NCBI GenBank assembly: GCA_038824035.1
Contig: JAWBBW010000001.1
Location: forward strand, 32,001-96,000
Direction of reading: 5' to 3'
Origin: Desulfurococcaceae archaeon
GTDB lineage: Archaea; Thermoproteota; Thermoprotei_A; Sulfolobales; Desulfurococcaceae
Length of the DNA: 64,000 bases
A program made the translations under genes and the position numbers. This document shows positions 31,361 to 41,213 of this stretch, piece after piece (positions within the stretch are counted from its first letter, which is position 1; each line of letters opens with the position of its first letter). The notes beneath the pieces were generated by a model that was given only the letters and a program-made list of their open reading frames with translations, searched no databases and was not told the origin of the DNA.

Positions 31361-31825
31361 CTACGTGTCGAGAAATCTCGCGATCACGACTCTCGGTATC
31401 AAGTCGTAGTTAGGGTTCCTATTTCTATATATCTTCACTAGCTCTTCACCGTCCTTGACTGGGTATTCATCGTTATAGTTTGATAATATGTTTTCCGGGC
31501 TATTATCAAATAAGATCACATATACCGGGTTCACAGGGATACTCCATTTCTCACCTGAGTAGCGTATTTCAAGGAGCCTCTCTAAGAACTCCTTGTCATC
31601 AACATAGGATTCGCTTATAACGGCCCTGTAGTATTGTGATATATAATGTGCCACCGCTATCGCCACTAGTTCACTTCCTTTATAGATCTTTATGACTGAG
31701 ATCTCGCTGTGATCCTCTAGTACGGCATGGGGACCATATACAATCACATAGCCGTTATCTTGCAGTTTCTTGATAAAGCTATCGAGATCTTTCACATTGA
31801 TGGACTCGAACACGGCATTCCTCAT
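31361..31825 (-). CDS. hypothetical protein
   Basis: 154-aa ORF with a GAGGT SD, fills the gap. Confidence 0.7.
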   Translation of the reverse strand: MRNAVFESINVKDLDSFIKKLQDNGYVIVYGPHAVLEDHSEISVIKIYKGSELVAIAVAHYISQYYRAVISESYVDDKEFLERLLEIRYSGEKWSIPVNPVYVILFDNSPENILSNYNDEYPVKDGEELVKIYRNRNPNYDLIPRVVIARFLDT

Positions 31826-31917
31826 AGTAAATACCTCTTTATAAGCACTTTACCCCCGAAATGTCCTTACATCTCAAATTGGCAAATTATTTTTATAAAA
31901 CAAGAGGAGTTGGAAAG

Positions 31918-33543
31918 ATGTATACAAAGATGATTGAAGACGCTGTTCCAGGTACTAGTAGGGAGAGAAGAGTAGTTGACACTGTATTGAATGAGTTAAA
32001 AGAGAATGCCGATTGGTCAAAGAGAATTGAAATACCCATTGTGAAATGGGAAAACACGTGCAGAGTTCTTGTGGATGAGTTTGAGAGGGAATGTAGGACA
32101 TTGCCCTATAGCTTATCAGCCGAGATCGATGGTAAGCCTCGCGTAGTTAACGATATAAGGGAGCTCAGAGAAGAGCGAGATCTAAGCGACAAGATTGTGG
32201 TAATGAGATATCCGGGCAGGTACATTGATTTGAGAAAAACGATCTACACGGTATTGGCGAAATCGCCGGGCGCGTTAATACTTGTCACGGATAAACAGGG
32301 CTTGTTGAGAATAAACACGGTGTTATCAACTCCTGGATTCACATATCGGCCCTCGGTTCCAGTGCCTATCCCAGTGATATGTGTTGACAAAGCACTAGGT
32401 GAAATGATAAAGAGAGCTAATCGAGTGGTGGTGGAGACAAAATCGTCGATCAACGATGGAGAAGGCATGGTAGTCGTGGCGGGAATCAATGGGAGTGGAG
32501 AGGACGAGATACATGTGACTTCTCATCATGATCACTGGTTCAAGGGGGTGGGTGGTTCATACGTGGGCTTATCAGCCCTTTTGAAATTATCTGAGAGAAT
32601 TAAGAAAGATGATGCCAGTGGTTTACACAACATTGTCTTGATCTCGTACACTGCAAGGGATATTGGTGATAAACTATTCACAGAATATCACTACACGTGG
32701 GGTGAGAGATATCTCCTAAAGATATTGGATAATAAAAAGAAACTGGAAAATGTGAAATACGCCGTGGCTATAGGGCCCATTTACCATGATAGGATCAATG
32801 CTATCGCTCATCCATGTTTCGAGAGAGACCTCCGTGAAATGCTCAGAACCGGGTTTATAGACAAGATCAGCCGTAATCACGTATTTCACGAAAGTTTACC
32901 ATATATTGAGAAAGGCATACCGGCCATAACATTGACGACTATTGATGACATTGCATTTGAAATACATAATTCAAACATGGATAACGAAGAAATCATTAAT
33001 TATGAATATCTTGTTGACAGAGTTGTGGAAATCGTGACAAAGTTAATAAAACTCTCCATACCTGACAAAGGCCTTGTCGCCAATACCGTGGAATACGTTA
33101 AGAGTGAATTAGAGGAAATACCGTTAGAGGCTAAGATCAGCGTTTCAAAGCTAATGGATATATCCATGGAAAGCCCGAGACGTGGTTTACATGCATTGAC
33201 GAGGATTGGATATGGGCTATTTTACTCCACGTGCCTAGATCGCGATGGCCACGATTTTACGTATGCCGGGTTATTTCCATGGATAGAGTTATTACATGGC
33301 ACTGAATCGGTCAGGAAAACGAGTGAATGCGACGAGGTGATCTTAGGCGATGTTGAGGGCTACGGTATATACCTGGTCAAAGGTGCGATAAGGAGTTTAG
33401 CTGTAGATTATTTATTTAATAAACTGACTGAAAGATATATTCATGAACTGGGCAATAGGGTTAACAGGTTTATAATGCAATTTCTCTGTGAAAAGACAAT
33501 ATGTGGTGAAACAAGTGGCGTTGAAAAGCATAATGATAGATAA
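31918..33543 (+). CDS. M28 peptidase-like protein with PA domain, degenerate metal site
   Basis: HHDHW motif, GIPAIT, PA-like insert (PIPVICV). The expected DD/DN and EE motifs are replaced by GG and RD. Confidence 0.65.
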   Translation: MYTKMIEDAVPGTSRERRVVDTVLNELKENADWSKRIEIPIVKWENTCRVLVDEFERECRTLPYSLSAEIDGKPRVVNDIRELREERDLSDKIVVMRYPGRYIDLRKTIYTVLAKSPGALILVTDKQGLLRINTVLSTPGFTYRPSVPVPIPVICVDKALGEMIKRANRVVVETKSSINDGEGMVVVAGINGSGEDEIHVTSHHDHWFKGVGGSYVGLSALLKLSERIKKDDASGLHNIVLISYTARDIGDKLFTEYHYTWGERYLLKILDNKKKLENVKYAVAIGPIYHDRINAIAHPCFERDLREMLRTGFIDKISRNHVFHESLPYIEKGIPAITLTTIDDIAFEIHNSNMDNEEIINYEYLVDRVVEIVTKLIKLSIPDKGLVANTVEYVKSELEEIPLEAKISVSKLMDISMESPRRGLHALTRIGYGLFYSTCLDRDGHDFTYAGLFPWIELLHGTESVRKTSECDEVILGDVEGYGIYLVKGAIRSLAVDYLFNKLTERYIHELGNRVNRFIMQFLCEKTICGETSGVEKHNDR

Positions 33544-34948
33544 ATACGAGAATTTCCCGGAATGGTATCACAAAGTGTTGAAAGAAGCCGATATAGTCGA
33601 CATAAGATACCCGGTCAAAGGGATGATAGTGTGGAAGCCATATGGGCTTAAAGCACTGAGATTGATCCAAAGAGAGATGACGAATCTACTGGAAAAAACA
33701 GGTCACGAGGAGGCATATTTCCCAACATTGATCCCGGAATCCGTTTTCTCCAAAGAAAGGGATTTCTTACAGGGTTTTGGAGGCGAGACATTCGTAATAG
33801 AGGGCACGGCTACCAAGAAACTTGGAGAGAGGTTTTTCGTGAGGCCTACAAGCGAGACAGCGATGTATTACATGTGGAGCCTTTGGATAAAGGGACGCAA
33901 AGACCTGCCCTTGAAACTATACCAAGTCGTTAACGTATTCAGATATGAGACAAAGATGACTCATCCAATACTGAGAGTCAGGGAAATCATGGGGTTTATA
34001 GAGGGTCATACAGCCCATGCCACGGCGGAGGAGGCTGAGGCACAGATCAAGGAGGCAATAGACATCTATAAGCAGTTCTTTGACAGATTACTGATACCGT
34101 ATTTCATAGTTAAGACCCCGCCTTGGGACACCTTTGCCGGTGCCGAGTATAATTACGATTTCATAACGGCTATGCCGGATGGAAAAGGCCTCGAACTTGG
34201 AAGCGTAATAAATCTTGGGCAAAAGTTCGCGAAGGCCTTTGACATAAAGTTCATGGATATAGATGGAAAAGTCAAATATGTGTATCAAACTTGTTATGGA
34301 ATAAGCGAGCGTGTATTGGGAGCCGTGATAGCTATTCACGGCGATGAGACGGGTTTATTTTTCCCACCAAGAATAGCTCCTATACAAGTAGTAATTGTCC
34401 CCATAATGAAGCCAGGCGAAAACGATATAGTGGATTACGCTGTTAAAGTGAAAAACTTCCTGGACAGTAATGGGATCAGGGTTCACATAGATGACGATCT
34501 TGAGCGAACACCTGGATGGAAATACTACTACTGGGAGATGAAAGGCGTGCCAACCAGGATAGAAATAGGTAGAAAAGAGCTAGAGACCAACACTGTTACA
34601 ATAGCTAGGCGCGATAAAGGGCCTAAGATAACTGTTCAATTAGATGAATTACTAAACTCCATTGAAAAAACATGGAGAGAGATAGAGCACTCATTGAGAA
34701 ACAGAGCGCTAGAACACTTGAAGAAAATGACTTCTTTCTTCGAGAAAGACAAAAGCGATTACAAAGGGCTTGTGATAGCGCCTTGGGATGGTTCACGTGA
34801 ATGCGCGGAATTGCTTGAGAAAGATACCGGTAAACCGCTACTTGGCGAGATCGTGGAATCGCCAATAGACCTTGGCAATCCACGTAATAACTCAATTTGT
34901 TCAAGTGGTGAGGCGAACAAGTACGCTCTTCTCGGAGTTACATATTGA
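33533..34948 (+). CDS. proS: proline--tRNA ligase, archaeal/eukaryote type (divergent)
   Basis: RYPVKG, RPTSET, FRYETK, FAGA, CYGISER, APIQVVIVP, WEMKGVP. Start chosen at MIDKYENF; upstream alternatives exist. Confidence 0.88.
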   Translation: MIDKYENFPEWYHKVLKEADIVDIRYPVKGMIVWKPYGLKALRLIQREMTNLLEKTGHEEAYFPTLIPESVFSKERDFLQGFGGETFVIEGTATKKLGERFFVRPTSETAMYYMWSLWIKGRKDLPLKLYQVVNVFRYETKMTHPILRVREIMGFIEGHTAHATAEEAEAQIKEAIDIYKQFFDRLLIPYFIVKTPPWDTFAGAEYNYDFITAMPDGKGLELGSVINLGQKFAKAFDIKFMDIDGKVKYVYQTCYGISERVLGAVIAIHGDETGLFFPPRIAPIQVVIVPIMKPGENDIVDYAVKVKNFLDSNGIRVHIDDDLERTPGWKYYYWEMKGVPTRIEIGRKELETNTVTIARRDKGPKITVQLDELLNSIEKTWREIEHSLRNRALEHLKKMTSFFEKDKSDYKGLVIAPWDGSRECAELLEKDTGKPLLGEIVESPIDLGNPRNNSICSSGEANKYALLGVTY

Positions 34949-35012
34949 TCTTGATTCCCTGAATTAAGTTTTTAACAGGGATATGAAATTATCTATGTCA
35001 GTGGTTATCTAG

Positions 35013-35267
35013 GTGAACTATATGAGTGAATATATAAAGCAATTGAAAATACAATTAGCTAGCAAGATAGAGGGGATCAGGTTTCAAGATATCTCGGGGC
35101 TAGAAGTCAATTTGCTGAAAGAGGGATTCCCGCCGATCAGGGTGAGAGACGAAAAAGAGTATGTGATCATCGCAATAGGCAACAACACATATAGATATGA
35201 TAAGTGGTATACGAAACCAGAGCACTTAGCAGAAACTCTCAAAGTATTTTACCAGAAACAAGGGTGA
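35013..35267 (+). CDS. hypothetical protein
   Basis: 84-aa ORF. A GGTGA SD suggests the true start is 35022. Confidence 0.65.
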   Translation: MNYMSEYIKQLKIQLASKIEGIRFQDISGLEVNLLKEGFPPIRVRDEKEYVIIAIGNNTYRYDKWYTKPEHLAETLKVFYQKQG

Positions 35268-35289
35268 CTACATCCTAGTAAGCACAATG

Positions 35290-35979
35290 TTATTCGCTTT
35301 TTTTTTCCACGTGGAAACACCTATGGATCTTATAATAGGCCTCGAATTCCGAAAGATATATCCTCTCGCCATCAATGCTGATCCTATATTTGAATAAGGG
35401 CGCGTCCAAGACCAATGACTCAGCCTCACCGCCATCCAATGAGACATTGAAGCCGTATTTCCTCGAAAGCTTGATCAAGAGCTCTACGTCGTTTTCATCG
35501 ATCTCCTTGCCCAGCAATGCGTGAGGTATGCCCATCGACGTTATGGATATCAATGTGAACTTTATACCATCTCTCAGTAAACTCCTCACATATTCCTCTT
35601 GATTCAAACCCCAAAGCGGGTTGTATGTATTTAGTCCAACCCTCTTGGCGATCTCTGTAAACACCTGTCTCTGGTAATTACTTATAACAGCGCCCGTTAC
35701 CACGATCTCAACGTCATATTTCTCCTTGACTCTTTTCAGAATGGTTTCAAGCGCTTTTGCCTCGTTCGAGGGATCACTCACTCCGATTGTTTCAAGTGGT
35801 AGTGAAAGGGATTGTGATTGTGCACTGAGCACGTGGAAAACTGGCTGGTGATATAGCATTGAGTACTTGTAGAGCGGTATCACTGTTGTCAACGTTGCTA
35901 TTTTAAACCCCTTTTCCACTGCTTTGTGAAGCGCGTAGACAGAGTCCTTGCCCCCTGTGAATAACACGGTTGCTTTCAA
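35290..35979 (-). CDS. diphthine--ammonia ligase (PP-loop)
   Basis: LFTGGKDS, YNPLWG, DGGEAESLVLDAPLF. Confidence 0.88.
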   Translation of the reverse strand: MKATVLFTGGKDSVYALHKAVEKGFKIATLTTVIPLYKYSMLYHQPVFHVLSAQSQSLSLPLETIGVSDPSNEAKALETILKRVKEKYDVEIVVTGAVISNYQRQVFTEIAKRVGLNTYNPLWGLNQEEYVRSLLRDGIKFTLISITSMGIPHALLGKEIDENDVELLIKLSRKYGFNVSLDGGEAESLVLDAPLFKYRISIDGERIYLSEFEAYYKIHRCFHVEKKSE

Positions 35980-36036
35980 GTCTTTGGCCCCCTGGGTAAT
36001 AAGTATTGAAAAGGCGATTTAAACACAGGGAAAGAT

Positions 36037-36741
36037 ATGAAAATAAAAGTGGTGATCGACGATAAATCGATGTCGAAAAAGCTGATCTCCAAGCACGCGC
36101 TCTCTCTTTTCGTGGAGAGCGCGGATATCTACCTATTGTTCGACTTAGGAGTAGATGCGGGTTCATTGGCCCATAACATCAGGGCACTGGACATCGATAT
36201 TGGCATGGTGGATTACGTGGTGATTTCGCATGAACATGCACCACATTATGGGGGATACTCATATCTAGCCGAAGAGATACCGTTAGCTAGGATCCACATA
36301 CCTTATGGATCGATGGAATCACTGGGCCGGTTACTCGAGAGAAACGGGCTAAGACCGGTTGAGATGAGGGGATGGCTCAAAGTAGGCGAGGACGTGTTCA
36401 TAGTTGGGCCTTTCTTCGGACCTCCATACGAGCATTTCCTCGTAGTAGATCACGATAAGGGCCTTATCGTGGTAAGTGGGTGTATGCATCCAGGTGTATC
36501 CGTTTTGGAAAAGATCTTGGAGAAAATGCCCAAAGATATATATATGCTCATAGGTGGATTACACTTATCCAACGCACCGGACGATATATTGGATAGTCGA
36601 ATAGACATGTTGATCAATAGATATGGAGTGAAATACGTGGTGCCACTTCACTGCAGTGGTGAGAGGTTTATAAATAAATTGAGAGAAAGATATCGGGATA
36701 GATTACTTGAGGCGACAGGTGGTTCCGTGATCACAGTTTAA
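36037..36741 (+). CDS. MBL-fold metallo-hydrolase
   Basis: LFDLG, ISHEHAPHYGG, SGCMHPG, GGLH, PLHCSG. Confidence 0.85.
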   Translation: MKIKVVIDDKSMSKKLISKHALSLFVESADIYLLFDLGVDAGSLAHNIRALDIDIGMVDYVVISHEHAPHYGGYSYLAEEIPLARIHIPYGSMESLGRLLERNGLRPVEMRGWLKVGEDVFIVGPFFGPPYEHFLVVDHDKGLIVVSGCMHPGVSVLEKILEKMPKDIYMLIGGLHLSNAPDDILDSRIDMLINRYGVKYVVPLHCSGERFINKLRERYRDRLLEATGGSVITV

Positions 36742-36754
36742 CGACTTACAGTAT

Positions 36755-37114
36755 CTAACTAGAACGCTCTATAAGTTTCTCTAATTTGAACTCCAATGTG
36801 TTTTCCCCTCTATGAGCCCTGTAGAGGGCATATAACACCGGTTCATCAGATTTTTGCTCATAGATCCCGATTACTAGTAGTTCTTCGCAAAACCTCTCAT
36901 TGGGGAATAATTCACATCCCCTGTTCTCTAAGAAAGACGCTTCTAGGCCATATGGCTCAAGTGTCTCTGACAACATTATAGACAACCTTTCTTTTAACAT
37001 GTCGAGTAATAGGTCCATGAATTCTCTATAGGCCCATCCACTGCCCCCTTCAACCATGATCCTGATGTTCAACAATCTCCTAAGGACCGAAATGTCAATG
37101 CTCACCGCGCTCAC
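36755..37114 (-). CDS. hypothetical protein
   Basis: 119-aa ORF overlapping the NUDIX gene stop. Confidence 0.65.
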   Translation of the reverse strand: MSAVSIDISVLRRLLNIRIMVEGGSGWAYREFMDLLLDMLKERLSIMLSETLEPYGLEASFLENRGCELFPNERFCEELLVIGIYEQKSDEPVLYALYRAHRGENTLEFKLEKLIERSS

Positions 37115-37640
37115 CGTGTTTGCTCAAGTATAGCAATATGAGGAGGGCTGTTTTCATATCGCGTATCTCGTTTTCGATCACCATTCGATATGCCTCCTTT
37201 ATGTTCACTTTGAACGTCCTTATTATCTCGTATTTCTCGGGCCTGGCCCCCTTGTACACTAAGTCCTTGGCATAGAAGAAATGCAATAACTCGGTGCTGT
37301 AACCTGGGGCCGGCGTGAACTCCCCTATTTTAACTAATTTACCTGGGTAATAACCTGTCTCCTCTAAGAGCTCTCGATACGCTGCCTCCTCTGGTGATTC
37401 ACCGCTATCTATGACTCCGGCTGGTGCCTCGATTATGAAGTCGTTTAATGGCGCCCTGAATTGCCTTATCAAGAGCACTTCTTCCTCACTTATAAACGGC
37501 AAGACCACGACTGCTTGTGGAAACACGACTATATCTCTTTCAAATATACCGTTATCCGCTTTTTCATATAATCTCCTGACCACGTTGAATCTCAACCCCT
37601 TGTACAGTGTCTTTTCCTCGATCAACCTAGGTGAATCCAA
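37095..37640 (-). CDS. NUDIX hydrolase (ADP-ribose pyrophosphatase-like)
   Basis: Nudix box GVIDSGESPEEAAYRELLEETG, QFRAP, PAPGYSTE. Start reset to TTG 37640 after a GAGGCGA SD, because the longer ORF overlaps nfo. Confidence 0.88.
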   Translation of the reverse strand: MDSPRLIEEKTLYKGLRFNVVRRLYEKADNGIFERDIVVFPQAVVVLPFISEEEVLLIRQFRAPLNDFIIEAPAGVIDSGESPEEAAYRELLEETGYYPGKLVKIGEFTPAPGYSTELLHFFYAKDLVYKGARPEKYEIIRTFKVNIKEAYRMVIENEIRDMKTALLILLYLSKHGERGEH

Positions 37641-37686
37641 GCTAATCGCCTCGCTAATAAATAGGAAAGTCCAAGTATAATAACTC

Positions 37687-38565
37687 ATGGTGAGGGCTTT
37701 GCCCAGGTTCTGGTTTGGGCCAGCTGGGAAGCCTATAACGATGAAAACAGGTGATATATTGAAAGCACCGGCTTTTCTCAGAGAACTTGGATTAAACGCC
37801 ATGGAGTATGAGGCGGTGAGAGGTGTGAATATAAAAGAGGACAAGGCTAGGGCATTTGGAGCAGAGGCCCGTGTAAACGGCATAAAGCTCAGTCTACACG
37901 CGCCTTATTTCATAAATATGGCAGGTAAAAAGGACGTCGTGGAGGGGAGTATTAAGAGGCTCAAGGACTCAGTAGATGCTGCCTATTGGATGGAGGCATA
38001 TGTGGTGGTTTTCCACCCGGGTTATTACAGGGATGCGCCATCCAAGAAAGATGCTGTTAAAAAAGTGATAGAAAACCTCAAACCTGTAATTGAGCATAGG
38101 GACCAGATCGGTGCAAGAAACGTGTGGCTCGGCCCGGAGACAACTGGTAAGACAAGCCAAGTCGGCAGTCTCGAAGAGGTGATTTTGATATCGAGTTCCC
38201 TTGAAAGGGTTAGACCTGTGATCGACTTTGCCCATCTCTACGCGAGAAGTGGGGGCAGGTTCATCACGAAACCCGGGGACGTGGGGTTGGTCATAGACAT
38301 GGTGGAAAAAGAGCTAGGGTCAGAGGTGTTGAAACCATTGCACATACACTTCTCCAAGATAGAGTATGGTAAAGGAGGTGAGAGAGAACACCATACACTG
38401 GGGGAGGAGGGTTTTGGACCCGATTTCAGAATTATATGCAGGGTTCTCTGCGAAAGAGGAGTGGACTCGGTTATAATTAGTGAGAGCCCTGTGTTAGAAC
38501 AGGATGCTATAGTTATGATGGGTTATTGCAAGGAAATATGTGGTGAGAATTGTATTGTTGAATAA
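37687..38565 (+). CDS. nfo: endonuclease IV (AP endonuclease family 2)
   Basis: HAPYFIN, VFHPG, GPETTGK, IDFAH, HIHFS, ISESP. Confidence 0.9.
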   Translation: MVRALPRFWFGPAGKPITMKTGDILKAPAFLRELGLNAMEYEAVRGVNIKEDKARAFGAEARVNGIKLSLHAPYFINMAGKKDVVEGSIKRLKDSVDAAYWMEAYVVVFHPGYYRDAPSKKDAVKKVIENLKPVIEHRDQIGARNVWLGPETTGKTSQVGSLEEVILISSSLERVRPVIDFAHLYARSGGRFITKPGDVGLVIDMVEKELGSEVLKPLHIHFSKIEYGKGGEREHHTLGEEGFGPDFRIICRVLCERGVDSVIISESPVLEQDAIVMMGYCKEICGENCIVE

Positions 38566-39133
38566 GCTAAGGAATAAGCTAGATGCCTTCATGGGCAAAT
38601 TGGCGTTGAAAATTGCAGGGTCATGTATACCCGTAGATCCAAACGCGATCACCATTTCCTCGTTGATAATACTACTCGTGGGATTGGCTTTATTGCTCTT
38701 GACTGGTGCATCAGTTGTTTTCTCACTATTCATATTGATATCTGGATTCATGGATGTACTGGATGGGGCTATTGCGCGGGCAATGAACAAGGTGTCTATG
38801 AAAGGGGCTTTCCTAGACTCCACTATAGATAAGGTCAATGAGATTATAATAGCTATGGCACTCCTATACCTGGGATTTGACCCCATAGCGGTCTTGCTTT
38901 TCCTAGCACTATCACTGTTGATCAGCTATATACGGGCTAGGGCGGAGGCACTTAAACTCGTGATCAGCGGTATCGGGTTAATGGAGAGAGCTGAGAGGTT
39001 AATAGGGATCGTGGCGATACTGGTGATCAACACGTTTAATCACGATGTAGCTTCATTGATGCTTTATGTGCTCCTCGTGTTAATGGCCTTCACGGTCATA
39101 GAGAGAATGGTGTTTGTCCTTAAAAGGATCTAG
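38540..39133 (+). CDS. CDP-alcohol phosphatidyltransferase (archaetidylinositol phosphate synthase-like)
   Basis: DVLDGAIAR...GAFLDSTID motif, SYIRARAE, GLMERAER. Confidence 0.88.
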   Translation: MVRIVLLNKLRNKLDAFMGKLALKIAGSCIPVDPNAITISSLIILLVGLALLLLTGASVVFSLFILISGFMDVLDGAIARAMNKVSMKGAFLDSTIDKVNEIIIAMALLYLGFDPIAVLLFLALSLLISYIRARAEALKLVISGIGLMERAERLIGIVAILVINTFNHDVASLMLYVLLVLMAFTVIERMVFVLKRI

Positions 39134-41184
39134 CCAGTCAACGCTGACAAGTCGTAATGGCCTATAAGGGGTAATGGCGTCTTAAACGTGACATAGCCTA
39201 GTCTTAATACATGGCTTTTCATAACACCGACTCTATCACCAGCCCTTGTCACAAAATCCCTGTATTCACTTGGCAAATCCAGTTGTGCTAGATGCGTTTT
39301 ATCAGTTCTCAGAACTATCTTGGTGTTTGTCAATTGAAGTATTATGTCATGGACATCCTTTGGGCTATGTGTACTGAAAACCAATCCCAGTCTTCGAGAC
39401 CTGCCAAGCCTGGCTATTCTATCGATCATGCTGGACACATTCTCTATGTAATCCTCTATACCCGTTTTAGATGGGAAAAACCTATGTGCCTCATCTATGA
39501 ATATTATGACTGGTTGTGTCTCAAATCTAAGCCTACTCTGTAATAATTTCCACTCAAATATCTTGTTCAATACCCTGAACGCGACTATGCTAATGGTTTT
39601 CTCGGGATCGGCTTGAGAGTGTATTTGCAGATATTCAAGGTCAGCTATTATAGGGTAGCCATTGAATAGCTCGAAATGTCTTTCCAATATTCTATCCAAT
39701 GGTGGTTCATGGAGGTATTTATCCTCGCCATGCCCTTTTATGTACACATCGAATATGCCAGTATCTATTATCGCTGCGATCTGCCTGATCATGTTTTCCA
39801 AAGTGCTCTTATGAATTGCCATCTCCTTTATTATTTCAACTACGTATTCCTTGTTAGGGTCCAGTATCAGTCCTCTCGTTTTTTCGCGTTTATCTTCTAT
39901 CCTGGCCCTGGACTCTCTCAATGCCTCGTATAAGTCGTAGACAGTCTCTATGTATGCGTTTTTCTCCCTGAGCGCGTGTAGAAGCCTGAGTAAGGCGTCC
40001 TTGGCCTGCCTGGTGAAATAAGGATTCAACGAAATGAACTCCTTTGGCTTAAAATCAGTGAATCTGAGCGCGTATGGGACTATGTAATATGTGACCTCAT
40101 CCTCCACGTTATTGCCATAGTCTATCGAGACGACTATTTTGACGAATCTCAAAGGAGCATCAGGGGCTGGCTCCTCAACGACATCTATCTCTTTTAATTC
40201 ATATTTCCAGTTGAAACGGGACATTATTGGTGATAATACGGAGTCGAGGTAATTTACTGCTATTAATTTCAACAATTTAGCCCATGTACTACATGTCTCT
40301 ACATACTCCGATATGGCACTCCTCGTTATTGGAAGTATTATTACGACCCCTCTGACCCCCTTAGATTGATCCAAGGTCTTCATGGCCAGTTTGACTTCTT
40401 CCTCGTGAGCCGTGTTCTTCAAGAGCCATAGTGGTTTAAGTGGTAATGTCACGTAATCCTTGTTGGGGTCGATAGTTACTAATGAAATCCTTTTCTCCTC
40501 TACTCCATGACCAGATATCGCTGAATAAATCATGTTTTTCAACAAAGTCGTTTTCCCACTACCAGTAGTGCCTAGGACCAATACATGTTGATAAAAAGCC
40601 CTGAGAGGTAGGAAAAGCGGTGCATTGGCATCGAAAACCGGTATATCGCCGGTGGTGACATATCCTAGGAAAACACCTTTTTCAGGTAAACCCAGGACTT
40701 TTTGTATGACATTTGGATCCCTTAACTTTATAACAGGGCTTTGAGGCTCTATCACATAGTTCGCCGCTATTACTTCATCGGTGTTTAAATCATATGCTAA
40801 CAATGGCTTGGCCTTGATCCTAGTTTTTGTCAATAGACCAGAGACCTCTGATAATGGCAAGGACATGTACATATCAGGTAGGTTTAGTTCAGCCAAGATA
40901 TCTCTTCGCTCAACACTCACGACCTTGACGCTGACGAGGTTAAGGGTCTTTATATCTATGACACCAAGTATACTGCCCGACTGGGCCAGGTTCTGGAAAT
41001 TCGAGAAATAGATCACGGGGTCTATGTCGAATATTACGTAACCACCTTCCTCATCGATCAATGATGGACTGGTCCTAGATACAAAGCCAACTACTTCACC
41101 TAACTTATTCGCCAATTCCATTGATTTACTAGCCCTTTCTCTCAGGGATTTCAAGACATCGTTAGAGGACAAGTGTTCCACCAT
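39130..41184 (-). CDS. HerA-family ATPase (second paralogue)
   Basis: HVLVLGTTGSGKT, IDPNKDY, FIDEAHRF, RIARLGRS, N-terminal HAS-barrel-like region. Confidence 0.85.
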   Translation of the reverse strand: MVEHLSSNDVLKSLRERASKSMELANKLGEVVGFVSRTSPSLIDEEGGYVIFDIDPVIYFSNFQNLAQSGSILGVIDIKTLNLVSVKVVSVERRDILAELNLPDMYMSLPLSEVSGLLTKTRIKAKPLLAYDLNTDEVIAANYVIEPQSPVIKLRDPNVIQKVLGLPEKGVFLGYVTTGDIPVFDANAPLFLPLRAFYQHVLVLGTTGSGKTTLLKNMIYSAISGHGVEEKRISLVTIDPNKDYVTLPLKPLWLLKNTAHEEEVKLAMKTLDQSKGVRGVVIILPITRSAISEYVETCSTWAKLLKLIAVNYLDSVLSPIMSRFNWKYELKEIDVVEEPAPDAPLRFVKIVVSIDYGNNVEDEVTYYIVPYALRFTDFKPKEFISLNPYFTRQAKDALLRLLHALREKNAYIETVYDLYEALRESRARIEDKREKTRGLILDPNKEYVVEIIKEMAIHKSTLENMIRQIAAIIDTGIFDVYIKGHGEDKYLHEPPLDRILERHFELFNGYPIIADLEYLQIHSQADPEKTISIVAFRVLNKIFEWKLLQSRLRFETQPVIIFIDEAHRFFPSKTGIEDYIENVSSMIDRIARLGRSRRLGLVFSTHSPKDVHDIILQLTNTKIVLRTDKTHLAQLDLPSEYRDFVTRAGDRVGVMKSHVLRLGYVTFKTPLPLIGHYDLSALTG

Positions 41185-41213
41185 GTTGTTTTAATAGGGT
41201 ATTTAAAAGTTAT

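Noticed and set aside
37641-37883. N-terminal extension of the NUDIX ORF
   Set aside because: It overlaps nfo on the opposite strand, and a TTG start with an SD lies at 37640.
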